Assembly: GCA_014382365.1 (NCBI GenBank)
Contig: JACNJW010000035.1
Span: 1,165-65,164, forward strand
DNA length: 64,000 nt
Reading direction: 5' to 3'
Source: SAR324 cluster bacterium
GTDB taxonomy: Bacteria > SAR324 > NAC60-12
Positions within the stretch are counted from its first letter, which is position 1. Each line of letters begins with the position of its first letter. Below are positions 48,263 to 59,030 of the stretch, piece by piece. The position numbers were made by a program, and so were the translations under genes. The notes below the pieces were generated by a model. It was not told where the DNA came from and did no database searches. It worked only from the letters and a program-made list of their open reading frames with translations.

Positions 48263-49681
48263 ATGAAACTTGGAGCCATCGATCAGGGAACTACCAGTTC
48301 CCGTGCATTGCTGCTATGTGATGAAAAAGCTGAGGTTTGTGCAACATTCAAACATCAGCAAATATATCCCCATGCCGGTTGGGTGGAACATGATCCGAGA
48401 GAATTACTAAAAAATGTGCTGGCTTGCACAACTGTACTCAAAAATGCAGATGCACTGGGTCTAGATAATCAGGGAGAAAGCTGTCTGGCATGGGATAAAA
48501 AAACAGGTGAACCTCTTGCTCCAGTCATCGTCTGGCAGGACAACCGTACCTCAAATGTTATTGAAAAATTAAAAAATGAAGGACACGAAGAGCGAATAAA
48601 AGAGTTATCCGGACTGCCGTTGGATCCGTATTTTTCTGCCACTAAATTGGCCTGGCTGTTGGAAAAAATTCCTGAAGCAAAAATACTTTTGCGTGAAAAG
48701 CGTTTGGCTCTCGGAACAACTGATGCGTTTTTCCTGCAACATCTCGTGGGTCGTTGTGTCACGGATGTGACGACCGCTTCGCGCACTTCGTTAATGAATT
48801 TATCCACACTAGAATGGGATCCAGAACTTTGTGAATTATTCGGTATACCTCAGGAAACTTTACCGGAAATTCTGCCAACCCAAACTGAATTTGGTGAGTT
48901 GAATGTAAAAGGCCGAAAGATTCCGCTTCTTGCCAGCATAGTTGATCAACAGGCCGCACTTTACGGTCATGGCTGCCGCAAAGCAGGTGACGCAAAAATC
49001 ACACTCGGTACTGGTGCCTTTGCGCTGGCTATCAACGGTAACTCTCCGGAAATGAACAATCCGCATGGACTGTTACCAACGGTGGCCTGGCAATTGGGAA
49101 ATGAGGTTCCGATTTTTGCTCTGGACGGTGGAGTCTACAACGCTGCATCTGCAGTGAATTGGGCTCACTCATTGGGGCTTTTTTCGACTTATGAAGAAAT
49201 CAATTCTTTTGAAAAACCTCCTGCAGTTGAACGAGGTTTAATTTTTGTTCCGGCACTTTCCGGTCTGGGATGTCCGCATTGGCAAAGTGAAACAAGGGCT
49301 GGTTTTGAAGGTCTTTCTCTGGATACCGGACCATTGGACATGGCACAAGCCCTTTTGGAAGGAGTAGCTTTGCGAATTGCCGAAGTGATTTTAGCCATGG
49401 ACAAAAGCGTTTCTATTGGTGAAGAAATCACCATCGACGGAGGCTTATCCAACAATTCCTACATTTGTCAGTTTTTGGCAGATGTTTTGGGCCGACGTAT
49501 CCGCGTTACAAATGAAGCGGAGTTGACTGCCATCGGCTGTGCACAAATGGCTGGAGTTGGTTTAGAAGAAGTTTGCCTTTTCGGAAATGGAGGCCGGCTT
49601 TATCTTCCAAAGGGTAAACTGCGTCAGGACTGGATAGAAATTTTTTCAGCGGCAGTCGCCCGTCTCTCTCAATCAACTTGA
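48263..49681 (+). CDS. glpK: Glycerol kinase (FGGY family)
   Basis: Strong match to GlpK N-terminus (AIDQGTTSSRA...YPHAGWVEHDP...VWQDNRT...DPYFSATK). Confidence 0.8.
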   Translation: MKLGAIDQGTTSSRALLLCDEKAEVCATFKHQQIYPHAGWVEHDPRELLKNVLACTTVLKNADALGLDNQGESCLAWDKKTGEPLAPVIVWQDNRTSNVIEKLKNEGHEERIKELSGLPLDPYFSATKLAWLLEKIPEAKILLREKRLALGTTDAFFLQHLVGRCVTDVTTASRTSLMNLSTLEWDPELCELFGIPQETLPEILPTQTEFGELNVKGRKIPLLASIVDQQAALYGHGCRKAGDAKITLGTGAFALAINGNSPEMNNPHGLLPTVAWQLGNEVPIFALDGGVYNAASAVNWAHSLGLFSTYEEINSFEKPPAVERGLIFVPALSGLGCPHWQSETRAGFEGLSLDTGPLDMAQALLEGVALRIAEVILAMDKSVSIGEEITIDGGLSNNSYICQFLADVLGRRIRVTNEAELTAIGCAQMAGVGLEEVCLFGNGGRLYLPKGKLRQDWIEIFSAAVARLSQST

Positions 49682-49688
49682 AAAAGAC

Positions 49689-50723
49689 TTATTTTTCACT
49701 TATCACTGCAAATAGTTCTTCCCACAAATCTGCTGATTTATCTGCATCAAGATCTGCTAAGGTTCCACCCAGTAATTTTAAATGTTTCCGGAGTTCCTGG
49801 ACAGAGCGGATTTTTAAACTCAAAGTAAGGTCGTCATTTTCAAAATAAGGATCGCTCTCAAGTGTTATCCTTGGAGCTAAATTAAGGCGCTGAAGTCGCT
49901 GTTCAAAGCGCTTCCGCATTGCACTCAATTCCGGATAGCGCAAGGTTTCCAGTTGCTGTTTCAGTAAACGATACCGAACAGGACTTTGCAGACTGGAACG
50001 TCCAAGAATTTCCAAAATTTCCGGAAGTTTTAATACTTCAGCCACAGAAATCTGCAATAAGCGACTTACTTCATCCAACAGCTGAAGCAAATTACGCCAC
50101 TTTTTTCCAGTGACTTCCATTCTTGTGCAGAGTGCAGTTACGTCCGGAAGAACACTCTGCGAAAATTTCAGCAGGGGCAACAAATCTTCACAACCCAAAT
50201 TCAGTAATGCTTTCTGCAGAGTCATTGTTTTTAAAACAATATTTAAATCCAACAATTGACGAACAAGTCTAACTGAAGGTTTCAGGCCAAATTTAGGGAA
50301 AACCTGTGCGGCAATTTCTGCGTTGCTAAAATCCAAATCATGCAGCTGCTTCAAAATTCTGCCTACATGCACGCCGGAATAATTACTTGAAGACGTATTT
50401 AAAGTTTCCAGGCGAACATATACGACTTCCCGTTCCGGCATAGATTCGGAAATAATTACGCACGGAATTGAGATTTTCTCTTTGTTCTGCAGGGAAGTTG
50501 GGCCGTTGTTTGCGAGCCAGGAAATGCGCTTAAAACCATCAATGACTCGGTATTTTTTTCCTGGAACTGCCTGTACCAGTAGAGGATAAAGGACTCCATT
50601 CTGCTGAAGTGAATCCCGAACTGCAGTTGTGAGCACCCGAGGGAACCAGTTGTATTGGAGATCTTTTAACTCAATTTGGTCAAGATGGAGAGTGGAAAAC
50701 TCCCATTCAGGTTGTATTTTCAT
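49689..50723 (-). CDS. ParB/Srx-fold (DGQHR-like) domain protein of unknown function
   Basis: 344 aa. N-terminal LYPLLVQAVPGKKYRVIDGFKRISW resembles the ParB N-domain/DGQHR motif with the GERRxRA arginines replaced. Confidence 0.35.
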   Translation of the reverse strand: MKIQPEWEFSTLHLDQIELKDLQYNWFPRVLTTAVRDSLQQNGVLYPLLVQAVPGKKYRVIDGFKRISWLANNGPTSLQNKEKISIPCVIISESMPEREVVYVRLETLNTSSSNYSGVHVGRILKQLHDLDFSNAEIAAQVFPKFGLKPSVRLVRQLLDLNIVLKTMTLQKALLNLGCEDLLPLLKFSQSVLPDVTALCTRMEVTGKKWRNLLQLLDEVSRLLQISVAEVLKLPEILEILGRSSLQSPVRYRLLKQQLETLRYPELSAMRKRFEQRLQRLNLAPRITLESDPYFENDDLTLSLKIRSVQELRKHLKLLGGTLADLDADKSADLWEELFAVISEK

Positions 50724-50837
50724 TTAGCAATTGCTGAGGAAGGATTTTTGCAGTTCATTCGATAAGATTGTGTTATTTTCAGTATCTTCAAACTGGATCT
50801 CAGACTCAAGTCCAGAACTTTAATTACAACAAAAAAT

Positions 50838-51248
50838 ATGCTTGATCCAGCTTTGATCAGCCTGCTTGCTCTTGGAGCTGCGGCCTTGTTTGGACTGCAG
50901 GGTGCTCTAATTCTCGCTGTAAAGCATAATCTTGTCAGGAGCAATCATCATGGCTCTGCCTGCAGCAAAATTGTTCTTTCCAAAGAAGCATTCATTGCCA
51001 AAATTCCGGTAGCATATGGAGCCGTGGTTTTTTATGCACTGGTCTTGTACTTGTTGATCAGCGGGGTTTTTCTGCAGGAAATGCCGCTGTTCTGGCTCAA
51101 TACAGGAGTTGTTGTTGCACTGCTGGTGACTTGTTATTATGCATATTTGATGTTCTTTAAATTACGCCTTGTTTGCATGGGTTGCCTGCGTATCTATCTG
51201 GCAAACCTGCTGATGGGAGCTTCACTGCTGGCTTATCATTTTTATTAG
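50838..51248 (+). CDS. Small VKOR-like (vitamin K epoxide reductase family) membrane protein
   Basis: 136 aa. Loop motif SACSKIVLSKEAF..IPVAYGAVVFY and a TM CxxC (CMGC). Only one loop Cys is visible. Confidence 0.4.
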   Translation: MLDPALISLLALGAAALFGLQGALILAVKHNLVRSNHHGSACSKIVLSKEAFIAKIPVAYGAVVFYALVLYLLISGVFLQEMPLFWLNTGVVVALLVTCYYAYLMFFKLRLVCMGCLRIYLANLLMGASLLAYHFY

Positions 51249-51723
51249 TTTTTCCTCGACAGCTCATTTCATTTTCCTGATTGATTTTAATTATGCTGCA
51301 AAGTAGCTCATTTTAGATATTGTTTACGCAATTATTGTCATGCTGTGATTTTCTGTTTCCGGTTTGAGTTTTGATGAACCTTTTGACTTCTGCAACAGAA
51401 AAGGTCATGCTTATTATATATATAATAAATCCCCGAGTATTTAAGTTCTGGAAAATCTTGCAGACAGTACTAAGATTAGTTTTCCGGGACTTCCTGAAAT
51501 AACAAACAATTCCTCTAAAATTTCCTTTCCTGCCGATACTCTTAAAGAATTTGTTTTGTCACTCTAATTTTGGTAGAATTACAGGTCAAACTAGAAAGAA
51601 TCAATTCAGGAAAACTTCTCTGCTAAATAACTTCCATTCAAATAATAAAAGGGAAACCATCAAGAAGAAACTTTAGCTTTTTGAGAAAAGATCCTGATTA
51701 ACTCCATTCAAAACATTGACAAC

Positions 51724-54669
51724 ATGTCTTCTATTTTCAGTGCTTCAAAAAAATCACAATCAAATAATCCTGGCAGCCTGTGTGTACTTGAGCAGAGGGA
51801 CAGATTTGTTCACCGTCATATCGGACCCTCTGAAAATGATATTTCAGGTATGCTGGAAAGCCTGGGAATGAGTTCTCTGGACGAGTTGATCAACAAAGTG
51901 GTGCCGGATTCAATCCGCATGTCCGGTGAACTGGATTTGTCCGGCAGCCGTACAGAAACAGAAGTTCTGGCTGAACTTCGCAACATTGCGAATCGCAATC
52001 AGCTTGCACAATCAATGATCGGCATGGGCTATCACAACACAATCATGCCCGGAGTCATACAACGCAATCTGCTGGAAAATCCAGGCTGGTACACTGCGTA
52101 CACACCATACCAGCCTGAAGTTTCTCAGGGACGTCTTGAGGCCCTGCTGAACTACCAGCAAATGATAATCGACCTGACAGGTATGGATGTCGCAAATGCT
52201 TCACTCCTGGATGAGGCTACTGCTGCAGCTGAAGCAATGACATTTTGCAAAAGAATTACACGCAGCAAAAGCATGCGTTTTTTTGTGGCAAACGACTGTC
52301 ATCCTCAAATAATTGATGTTTTGAAAACCAGAGCAGAACCTCTGGGTTTTGAGCTGGTCTGTGGAAATCTCCTAGAACAGTTTGAAAAACCGGAAGTAGA
52401 CCTATTTGGTGCCCTGATTCAGTATCCAGGAACTTACGGGAAGATTCATGATATTGAAAAACTGATCGAAAATTGGCACGAGTCCGGTACCCTGGTGACT
52501 GTTGCCTCAGATCCGCTGAGTCTCGTTTTACTTAAACCACCTGGTGAATTGGGTGCAGATGTGGTCATCGGCAGTTCACAAAGATTTGGTGTCCCAATGG
52601 GATTTGGTGGACCGCATGCTGCTTTTTTTGCTGCCCGTGAAAAAAATATGCGGAGCATTCCTGGACGAATTATCGGCGCTTCCATAGACCGTAGAGGTAA
52701 AACTGCACTGCGGATGGCCCTGCAGACCCGTGAACAACACATTCGCCGTGAAAAAGCGACAAGCAACATTTGTACTGCACAGGTTTTACTGGGTGTGATT
52801 GCTGGCTGTTATGCCGTATATCATGGTCCGGACGGCTTGAAAATTATCGCCCGGCGGGTTCACAGGTTGACCAGAATTCTCCAGGCAGGTTTGACGCAGC
52901 TAGGAATTACTGTAGATAATGAAAATTTTTTTGATACCCTCACTTTATCTGTTGCAGAGAAACGCAACAGTTTTTACCAGAGTGCACTGGAAAATGGAAT
53001 TAATCTACGTAAAATTGGTTCAGATAAATTAGGAATAAGTCTGGATGAAACCACCTCCAGAGAAGATGTTGCTGCACTTTGGTCGGTCTTTGCTGCTGAT
53101 AACAAATTACCCTCAGTTGAAGAACTGGATTTGCAAATTGCAGACGACAGCAGTGATAACGGAATTCCGCAAAAGCTGCGCCGGAACTCAAAAATATTAA
53201 CACATCCGGTGTTCCATCAATATCATTCGGAAACTGCAATGCTGCGTTATCTCAGATACCTTCAGGACAAAGATATTGCTCTGGACCGGGCTATGATTCC
53301 ACTGGGTTCCTGCACAATGAAACTCAATGCAACTGCCGAAATGATCCCGATCAGTTGGCCTGAGTTTGCCAATATCCATCCCTTTGCCCCGTCTGAGCAG
53401 ACCGAGGGCTACCGGGAAATGATTACTGATCTTGAAAATGACCTGGCACGCATTACCGGCTTTGATGCAGTTTCAATGCAGCCGAATTCAGGTGCTCAGG
53501 GAGAGTATACCGGATTACTGACTATCCGCTCCTACCATAAATCCCGTGGCGAGGGGCAGCGGAATGTCTGCCTGATTCCCAGCTCTGCACACGGCACAAA
53601 TCCTGCGAGTGCCATGATGGCCAGCATGAAAATAGTCATCATCAAGTGTGATCATGATGGAAACATCGATGTGGATAATTTGCAGGAATTAGCAGAAAAA
53701 CATGCTGATAATCTTGCCGCCCTGATGATAACCTACCCTTCTACCCATGGAGTTTTTGAGGACAGCTTAATCCGGATATGTGAAATTATTCATAATTACG
53801 GCGGTCAGGTTTATATGGACGGTGCAAACCTGAATGCTTTGATGGGCATAGCGCAGCCGGGAAAATTAGGACCAGATGTTCTGCACATGAATCTGCACAA
53901 AACTTTTAGTATTCCTCACGGCGGAGGAGGTCCAGGAATGGGACCTATCGGTTTGAAAACACATCTTGCTCAGTTTGCACCAAATCACAGCGTTGTTAAA
54001 ATCGAGGGCTTACCACTGGAAAATACTGCTGTTTCTGCAGCACCATGGGGCAGTCCCAGCATCCTGCCGATATCCTGGGTTTATATCAAACTCATGGGAG
54101 GTTTTGGTTTGAAAAAATCTTCTCAAGTTGCAATTCTAAATGCCAATTATCTGGCACAGCGTTTAAAAGAGCATTTTCCGATTGTCTACACCGGTAAAAA
54201 TGGACTTGTTGCACATGAGTGTATTATCGATGTTCGGCCCCTGAAAGAGCTCTGTGGAATCACTGAGGAGGACATTGCCAAGCGTTTAATAGATTATGGT
54301 TTCCACGCACCAACCATGTCCTGGCCGGTGCCCGGAACTCTAATGATTGAACCCACCGAAAGTGAGCCGAAAGCAGAAATCGATCGTTTTTGTGAGGCCA
54401 TGATTTCGATCCGTGAAGAAACAAAACGTGTTGAATCCGGAGAGTGGGACAAAATTGATAATCCGCTAAAAAATTCGCCGCATCCGTCAGAAGATCTTAC
54501 TGATTCTGAATGGACTCATCCCTATTCTCAGGCAGCAGCAGTTTACCCTTTGGCTTCACTCCGCCGTCACAAGTATTGGCCTCCTTCAGCCCGTGTGGAC
54601 AATGTGCACGGTGATCGAAACGTGGTTTGTTCCTGTCCACCGCTGGAAAATTATGAGGATGGAGAGTGA
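51724..54669 (+). CDS. gcvP: Glycine dehydrogenase (decarboxylating), fused alpha-beta form
   Basis: 981 aa. N-terminal [10 protein letters not shown] and PLP-lysine region. Full-length GcvP architecture. Confidence 0.9.
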   Translation: MSSIFSASKKSQSNNPGSLCVLEQRDRFVHRHIGPSENDISGMLESLGMSSLDELINKVVPDSIRMSGELDLSGSRTETEVLAELRNIANRNQLAQSMIGMGYHNTIMPGVIQRNLLENPGWYTAYTPYQPEVSQGRLEALLNYQQMIIDLTGMDVANASLLDEATAAAEAMTFCKRITRSKSMRFFVANDCHPQIIDVLKTRAEPLGFELVCGNLLEQFEKPEVDLFGALIQYPGTYGKIHDIEKLIENWHESGTLVTVASDPLSLVLLKPPGELGADVVIGSSQRFGVPMGFGGPHAAFFAAREKNMRSIPGRIIGASIDRRGKTALRMALQTREQHIRREKATSNICTAQVLLGVIAGCYAVYHGPDGLKIIARRVHRLTRILQAGLTQLGITVDNENFFDTLTLSVAEKRNSFYQSALENGINLRKIGSDKLGISLDETTSREDVAALWSVFAADNKLPSVEELDLQIADDSSDNGIPQKLRRNSKILTHPVFHQYHSETAMLRYLRYLQDKDIALDRAMIPLGSCTMKLNATAEMIPISWPEFANIHPFAPSEQTEGYREMITDLENDLARITGFDAVSMQPNSGAQGEYTGLLTIRSYHKSRGEGQRNVCLIPSSAHGTNPASAMMASMKIVIIKCDHDGNIDVDNLQELAEKHADNLAALMITYPSTHGVFEDSLIRICEIIHNYGGQVYMDGANLNALMGIAQPGKLGPDVLHMNLHKTFSIPHGGGGPGMGPIGLKTHLAQFAPNHSVVKIEGLPLENTAVSAAPWGSPSILPISWVYIKLMGGFGLKKSSQVAILNANYLAQRLKEHFPIVYTGKNGLVAHECIIDVRPLKELCGITEEDIAKRLIDYGFHAPTMSWPVPGTLMIEPTESEPKAEIDRFCEAMISIREETKRVESGEWDKIDNPLKNSPHPSEDLTDSEWTHPYSQAAAVYPLASLRRHKYWPPSARVDNVHGDRNVVCSCPPLENYEDGE

Positions 54670-55406
54670 ATCCTGCCGACAACTTCGGAATTGTACACAA
54701 TCTTCCTTTTGAGGAGTATCAACAACTATCCGGCCTGAATCAATCGACCATCAAGCAGTGGCTTTCAACTGCACCCAAACAACATCATGCATACAAAAAT
54801 CTGCAGGCTTTACAGTTTGGAAGTGCCGGACACTGCCTGCTGCTTGAACCGGAGAGATTTGAAAAACTTTATGTCCGTGCCCCAAATGGTTTACGCCAGC
54901 GTGGAAAACTGGGCAAAAAGCGCTGGACCGAATTTTGTGAACAGCATAATGGAAAAATAGTTTTACGTGCCAATGAATGGGACAGCTTAACAACTATCCG
55001 TGAAATCTTTCTGCTTCATCCACAAATCAAAAAACTGTGGACTGCAGGAAAAGCAGAGGTGTCTTTATTTTGGCAGGACACAGAATATGGTATGGACTGC
55101 AAGGCACGGCTGGACTGGTTTGATGCCAAGTCTGGTACAATTGTTGATCTTAAATTTACAAAAAATATTGGCGATAGTTCAATCCAAAAACAGATTGAAA
55201 ATTATTATGCCATTCAGGCTGCCTGGTACTGTCGTGGGATATTTCAGTTAAGTCAAATAACTGCCGCATTTTTGTTCGTCTTTATCGAAAAATATGCACC
55301 CTATAAAATCCGCGTGATTTCTGTCTGCGAAAATGTATTAGAACTTGGACTACACAAAATTGAGGTTGGCATCAACAATATTTCCCAAAATAAAAATGAC
55401 AACTAG
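54666..55406 (+). CDS. PD-(D/E)XK nuclease (RecB/Cas4/lambda-exonuclease-like fold)
   Basis: 246 aa. Motifs D...IVDLKFTK and QxxxY ([13 protein letters not shown]). 4-bp overlap with the gcvP stop. Confidence 0.5.
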   Translation: MNPADNFGIVHNLPFEEYQQLSGLNQSTIKQWLSTAPKQHHAYKNLQALQFGSAGHCLLLEPERFEKLYVRAPNGLRQRGKLGKKRWTEFCEQHNGKIVLRANEWDSLTTIREIFLLHPQIKKLWTAGKAEVSLFWQDTEYGMDCKARLDWFDAKSGTIVDLKFTKNIGDSSIQKQIENYYAIQAAWYCRGIFQLSQITAAFLFVFIEKYAPYKIRVISVCENVLELGLHKIEVGINNISQNKNDN

Positions 55407-56760
55407 TCCTCGCCCGCTTGAATCGGTCTCAGTTTTATTCATGTTTGAGGAGCAGGTTTTTGCAGTACAACGACAGTCGTATCTACTGGCCTTTCCCGGC
55501 TACCATGCTTTTCCAGGTGGGAAAATAGATCATGACGAACTTTCAACTCCATTTAAAACAAAGTTTCTCTGTGACAGAGATGCTCTGCTAATGAGAGCCC
55601 TGCAAAGAGAAATTAGTGAAGAATTAGGTTACGATCTGGAGAAAGGAATTCTGAGTGGTGAGGTGTTGTCTGTCAGTGAACTTGCTGAAGCCCTTGCACC
55701 ACCTTTTGCGCCGGTTCGTTTCAGAACGTGGTTTTACCGGGTTGACCTGAAGGAACGTCTTAATTTTAAAATTGATCCGGGAGAATTCAGCAGTGGTTTT
55801 TGGAGTACACCTGCTGAGCTGCTCAAAACTTATATTACAGGCAAGAGCTTGATGGTTCCACCTGCACGTTGGGTTCTAGACGGTTTAGTCAATAATCCAG
55901 CAGCCACTGAATTCGGAGATTTGTCACAGGATTTTTCTGAAGGAGCTAGGATACCAACACTGGAAATGCTCGATGGGATTCCGATGCTTGCGGTTCGCTC
56001 AGCAACTCTTCCGCCTGCCAGCCGAACCAATGCATTTCTGCTGGGAGATCCTGGTGCAGCAAAAATTCTGGTTGATCCGTCACCTGATTCTGAAGAAGAA
56101 TTTCAACGCCTGCTCAACACCATAAAAGACAAACTACTGGATGCAATTTTCCTGACTCATCATCATCCTGATCATCACCAGTTTGCAAACCTGCTGGCCC
56201 GCAAACTGAAAGTTCCAATTATTCTCAGCCGGGATACCCGGCAGCGGCTGACTGAAAAATTTGGAGAAGTATATTTTGAGCAAGTTGAGCTGCAGTTTGC
56301 AACAGAAAATCAAGAGGTAACAAGCTGGCATGGTTCCGCAGTAAGGGTTTATGAGATTCCCGGACATGATGCCGGACATCTTGGTTTAGCACCGGACTCA
56401 CTGGACTGGTTTATAGTTGGTGACCTGATTCAGGGAATTGGGACAGTAGTAATTTCTGCACCTGAAGGAGACATGGCAACCTATTTTGCAACACTTAAAA
56501 AAGTGATTGCCCTCAATCCGGCTGTCATCATACCTTCACACGGAATCCCAATGCGCAGTACACACCGTCTTCAGGAAACATTAAAACATCGCCAGCAACG
56601 CGAAACACAAATACTAACTTTACATAAATCCGGAAAATCCAAAGCGGAAATTCTGGAAGAGCTTTACGTTGGAATAGACCAGCGCCTGTATCCACTGGCG
56701 CTGAAAAATATCGAATCCCACTTGCTGAAGCTGCAAAAAGAAAAACAAATAAACGAATGA
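55396..56760 (+). CDS. Nudix hydrolase fused to a metallo-beta-lactamase-fold hydrolase
   Basis: Nudix box GGKIDHDE...REISEELGY in the N-terminal ~150 aa. HxHxDH motif LTHHHPDHH in the C-terminal domain. The start is uncertain: 55345 or 55396. Confidence 0.55.
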   Translation: MTTSPRPLESVSVLFMFEEQVFAVQRQSYLLAFPGYHAFPGGKIDHDELSTPFKTKFLCDRDALLMRALQREISEELGYDLEKGILSGEVLSVSELAEALAPPFAPVRFRTWFYRVDLKERLNFKIDPGEFSSGFWSTPAELLKTYITGKSLMVPPARWVLDGLVNNPAATEFGDLSQDFSEGARIPTLEMLDGIPMLAVRSATLPPASRTNAFLLGDPGAAKILVDPSPDSEEEFQRLLNTIKDKLLDAIFLTHHHPDHHQFANLLARKLKVPIILSRDTRQRLTEKFGEVYFEQVELQFATENQEVTSWHGSAVRVYEIPGHDAGHLGLAPDSLDWFIVGDLIQGIGTVVISAPEGDMATYFATLKKVIALNPAVIIPSHGIPMRSTHRLQETLKHRQQRETQILTLHKSGKSKAEILEELYVGIDQRLYPLALKNIESHLLKLQKEKQINE

Positions 56761-58997
56761 AATCACATAAAAAAACAATTCTCCGGATGTTGGAAAAACA
56801 CGGAGACTCATTATCTGTAAAACAAATCCGCGGTGCACTTGGACTTAATAAAGCCGCAACTATAAAATTGAAAGCAGAATTACAAAAACTAATCAAAACC
56901 GGGAAAATTGCCAAACATGGTACCCGCTATTTTAAAGTTCAGGAAACAAAAAACAGAGCTCTGACAAAACCTGCAAAAAAAGCCAAAAAAGAAATTGAGC
57001 AAAAAGAACTGATCTGGAAACAAAGACCAAAGCGTCAACAAATAAGCAGTTCAGGAAAAACTGAAAAAGGCTATTTCACTCGAAATCGAAAAGGCTTCGG
57101 TTTTGTTGCCATTGGAGGTGGCCGTCCGGATGTTTTCATCGGCGAACAGGAGCAGGGGTTTGCCATGGAAGGTGATTTGGTACAAATTGGAATCTTCCGG
57201 AAACGCGGTTTTCGCAGCAAACAAAAAGGAGAAATCATCAAAGTTCTTGAGCGTGCATCCAGAGAAATACTGGCACGTTTAAAAAGAACTAAACGTAAAA
57301 CCGTTGCCGTTCCGGTACATCCTAATTCCGGCCTGCCCTTCCTCTGGATTGCTCAGGAGGATGATTTACCTGAACTTGAAACTGGAACTCTGGTTGAAGT
57401 TGAGTTACTGGAAGAAAGCAAACATCCAAAAAAATCCTTTGCTGCACCCAGCGGAAAGGTCTTGCGGGCTCTGGAAAACACCAGTGACCACGAATTGGGC
57501 TTTCAACTGATTCTTAATGAAAACCTGATTCGAACCGAGTATCCAGAAGCAGCCCTGACACATGTAGATAATTTTTCAAAACAGGTTCGCTATGATGCTT
57601 CTTCCGGACGCCGGGATTTGCGTGAGCTGGAGTTTGTGACAATTGACGGAAAAACCGCCCGCGATTTTGATGATGCGGTCTGTGTACTTCCGGACAAAGA
57701 TTCTGCCGGTGGATTCCGGCTTTTTGTGGCAATTGCAGATGTGGCCCATTACGTACGCCCACTGGATCCGGTTGACGAAGAAGCGCTTCTGCGTGGAACA
57801 AGTGTCTATTTTCCAACTCATGCAGTACCCATGCTGCCTGAGGCTCTTTCCAATAATTTATGCAGTTTACGTCCAAATGTGAACCGGCTGACATTGACCT
57901 GTGAAATGCGGATTGATTCCGTAGGTGAAGTAGTCGGCTACTCACTTTCAGAAAGTATTATCCGCAGCCGAGCCCGTCTAATTTATGAGGATGTGGCCGA
58001 CTTACTTGATGGACGAAGCTCTTCTATACGTGAACCGAAACTGCAGGCAAATATCCGGAAAATGCACAAACTGGCAAAAATTCTTGAACAAAAAAGGATT
58101 AAGCGTGGTGCAGTACAGTTCAGTTTTGCTGAAGAAGTCTTTGAATTTGATGCAGACCAGCAAATGACTGGTATCGGTAGAAGTTATCAATCCAGTGCAA
58201 TGAAACTGATTGAACAGTTTATGCTGGAAGCCAATGAAACTGTCGCCAGACACTGCGTGAAAAATAAAATGCCTGCTCTTTACCGTGTACACGACAAACC
58301 GGACCTGAGAAAACTGCAAAAACTGCAGCAAACTTTTTTTCGCTTTGGTGTACGCACATCCCTGACAAAATTAGCAAACCCTCAGGAGTTTAATGCAGTC
58401 ATCGAGCAAATTCAGGAGTTGCCCCATTTTGAACAACTGCAGGTTCTTTTGCTGCGTACAATGGCTTTGGCAGTCTATCAGACAGCAAACAAGGGTCATT
58501 TTGGTCTGGCGGCAAAATATTATGCTCATTTTACTTCACCGATCCGCAGGTATCCGGATTTAGTTGTACATCGTGCAATTAAGGAAAAACTACACAGGGA
58601 TCAGGGTTTAAAGACTAAACTTTTGCTGGTAAACAGTGAGTTGGCAGAGCAATGTTCCCAACAGGAACGAAGAGCAGAAAAAGCTGAGCGCCAGAGTATT
58701 GACTTGATGAAAGTTGATTTTCTGGCTCCACATGCAGGACAAACTTTTCAGGCTGTTGTGACTTCTGTTGACAGTCAGGGGTTTCGGGTAAATCTGGAAC
58801 CCCACGGGCTTGAATGGTTATTACCCCTCGACTCAATGCCGGATGATACTTATCAGTATGATGAGATACGGCTAAGCTTACAGGGGCGCTACAAAAACCG
58901 AACGCTGCAGGCAGGACAACGTCTGGAAATAAGACTTCTGCGTGCAGATCCAATTCAGCGGACACTGGAATTTACAGTGGAACACTGGTTGAGCTGA
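56757..58997 (+). CDS. rnr: Ribonuclease R
   Basis: 746 aa. N-terminal HTH, cold-shock domains, RNB catalytic domain, C-terminal S1 and basic tail. Confidence 0.85.
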   Translation: MKSHKKTILRMLEKHGDSLSVKQIRGALGLNKAATIKLKAELQKLIKTGKIAKHGTRYFKVQETKNRALTKPAKKAKKEIEQKELIWKQRPKRQQISSSGKTEKGYFTRNRKGFGFVAIGGGRPDVFIGEQEQGFAMEGDLVQIGIFRKRGFRSKQKGEIIKVLERASREILARLKRTKRKTVAVPVHPNSGLPFLWIAQEDDLPELETGTLVEVELLEESKHPKKSFAAPSGKVLRALENTSDHELGFQLILNENLIRTEYPEAALTHVDNFSKQVRYDASSGRRDLRELEFVTIDGKTARDFDDAVCVLPDKDSAGGFRLFVAIADVAHYVRPLDPVDEEALLRGTSVYFPTHAVPMLPEALSNNLCSLRPNVNRLTLTCEMRIDSVGEVVGYSLSESIIRSRARLIYEDVADLLDGRSSSIREPKLQANIRKMHKLAKILEQKRIKRGAVQFSFAEEVFEFDADQQMTGIGRSYQSSAMKLIEQFMLEANETVARHCVKNKMPALYRVHDKPDLRKLQKLQQTFFRFGVRTSLTKLANPQEFNAVIEQIQELPHFEQLQVLLLRTMALAVYQTANKGHFGLAAKYYAHFTSPIRRYPDLVVHRAIKEKLHRDQGLKTKLLLVNSELAEQCSQQERRAEKAERQSIDLMKVDFLAPHAGQTFQAVVTSVDSQGFRVNLEPHGLEWLLPLDSMPDDTYQYDEIRLSLQGRYKNRTLQAGQRLEIRLLRADPIQRTLEFTVEHWLS

Positions 58998-59030
58998 AAC
59001 ATTAACCAAAAAACAAAATAATATAATAAA

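Noticed and set aside
51249-51723. Glycine riboswitch upstream of gcvP
   Set aside because: The expected conserved aptamer cores (GGAGAG, CACCGAAGG-like) are not visible. I cannot call it without a covariance-model scan.
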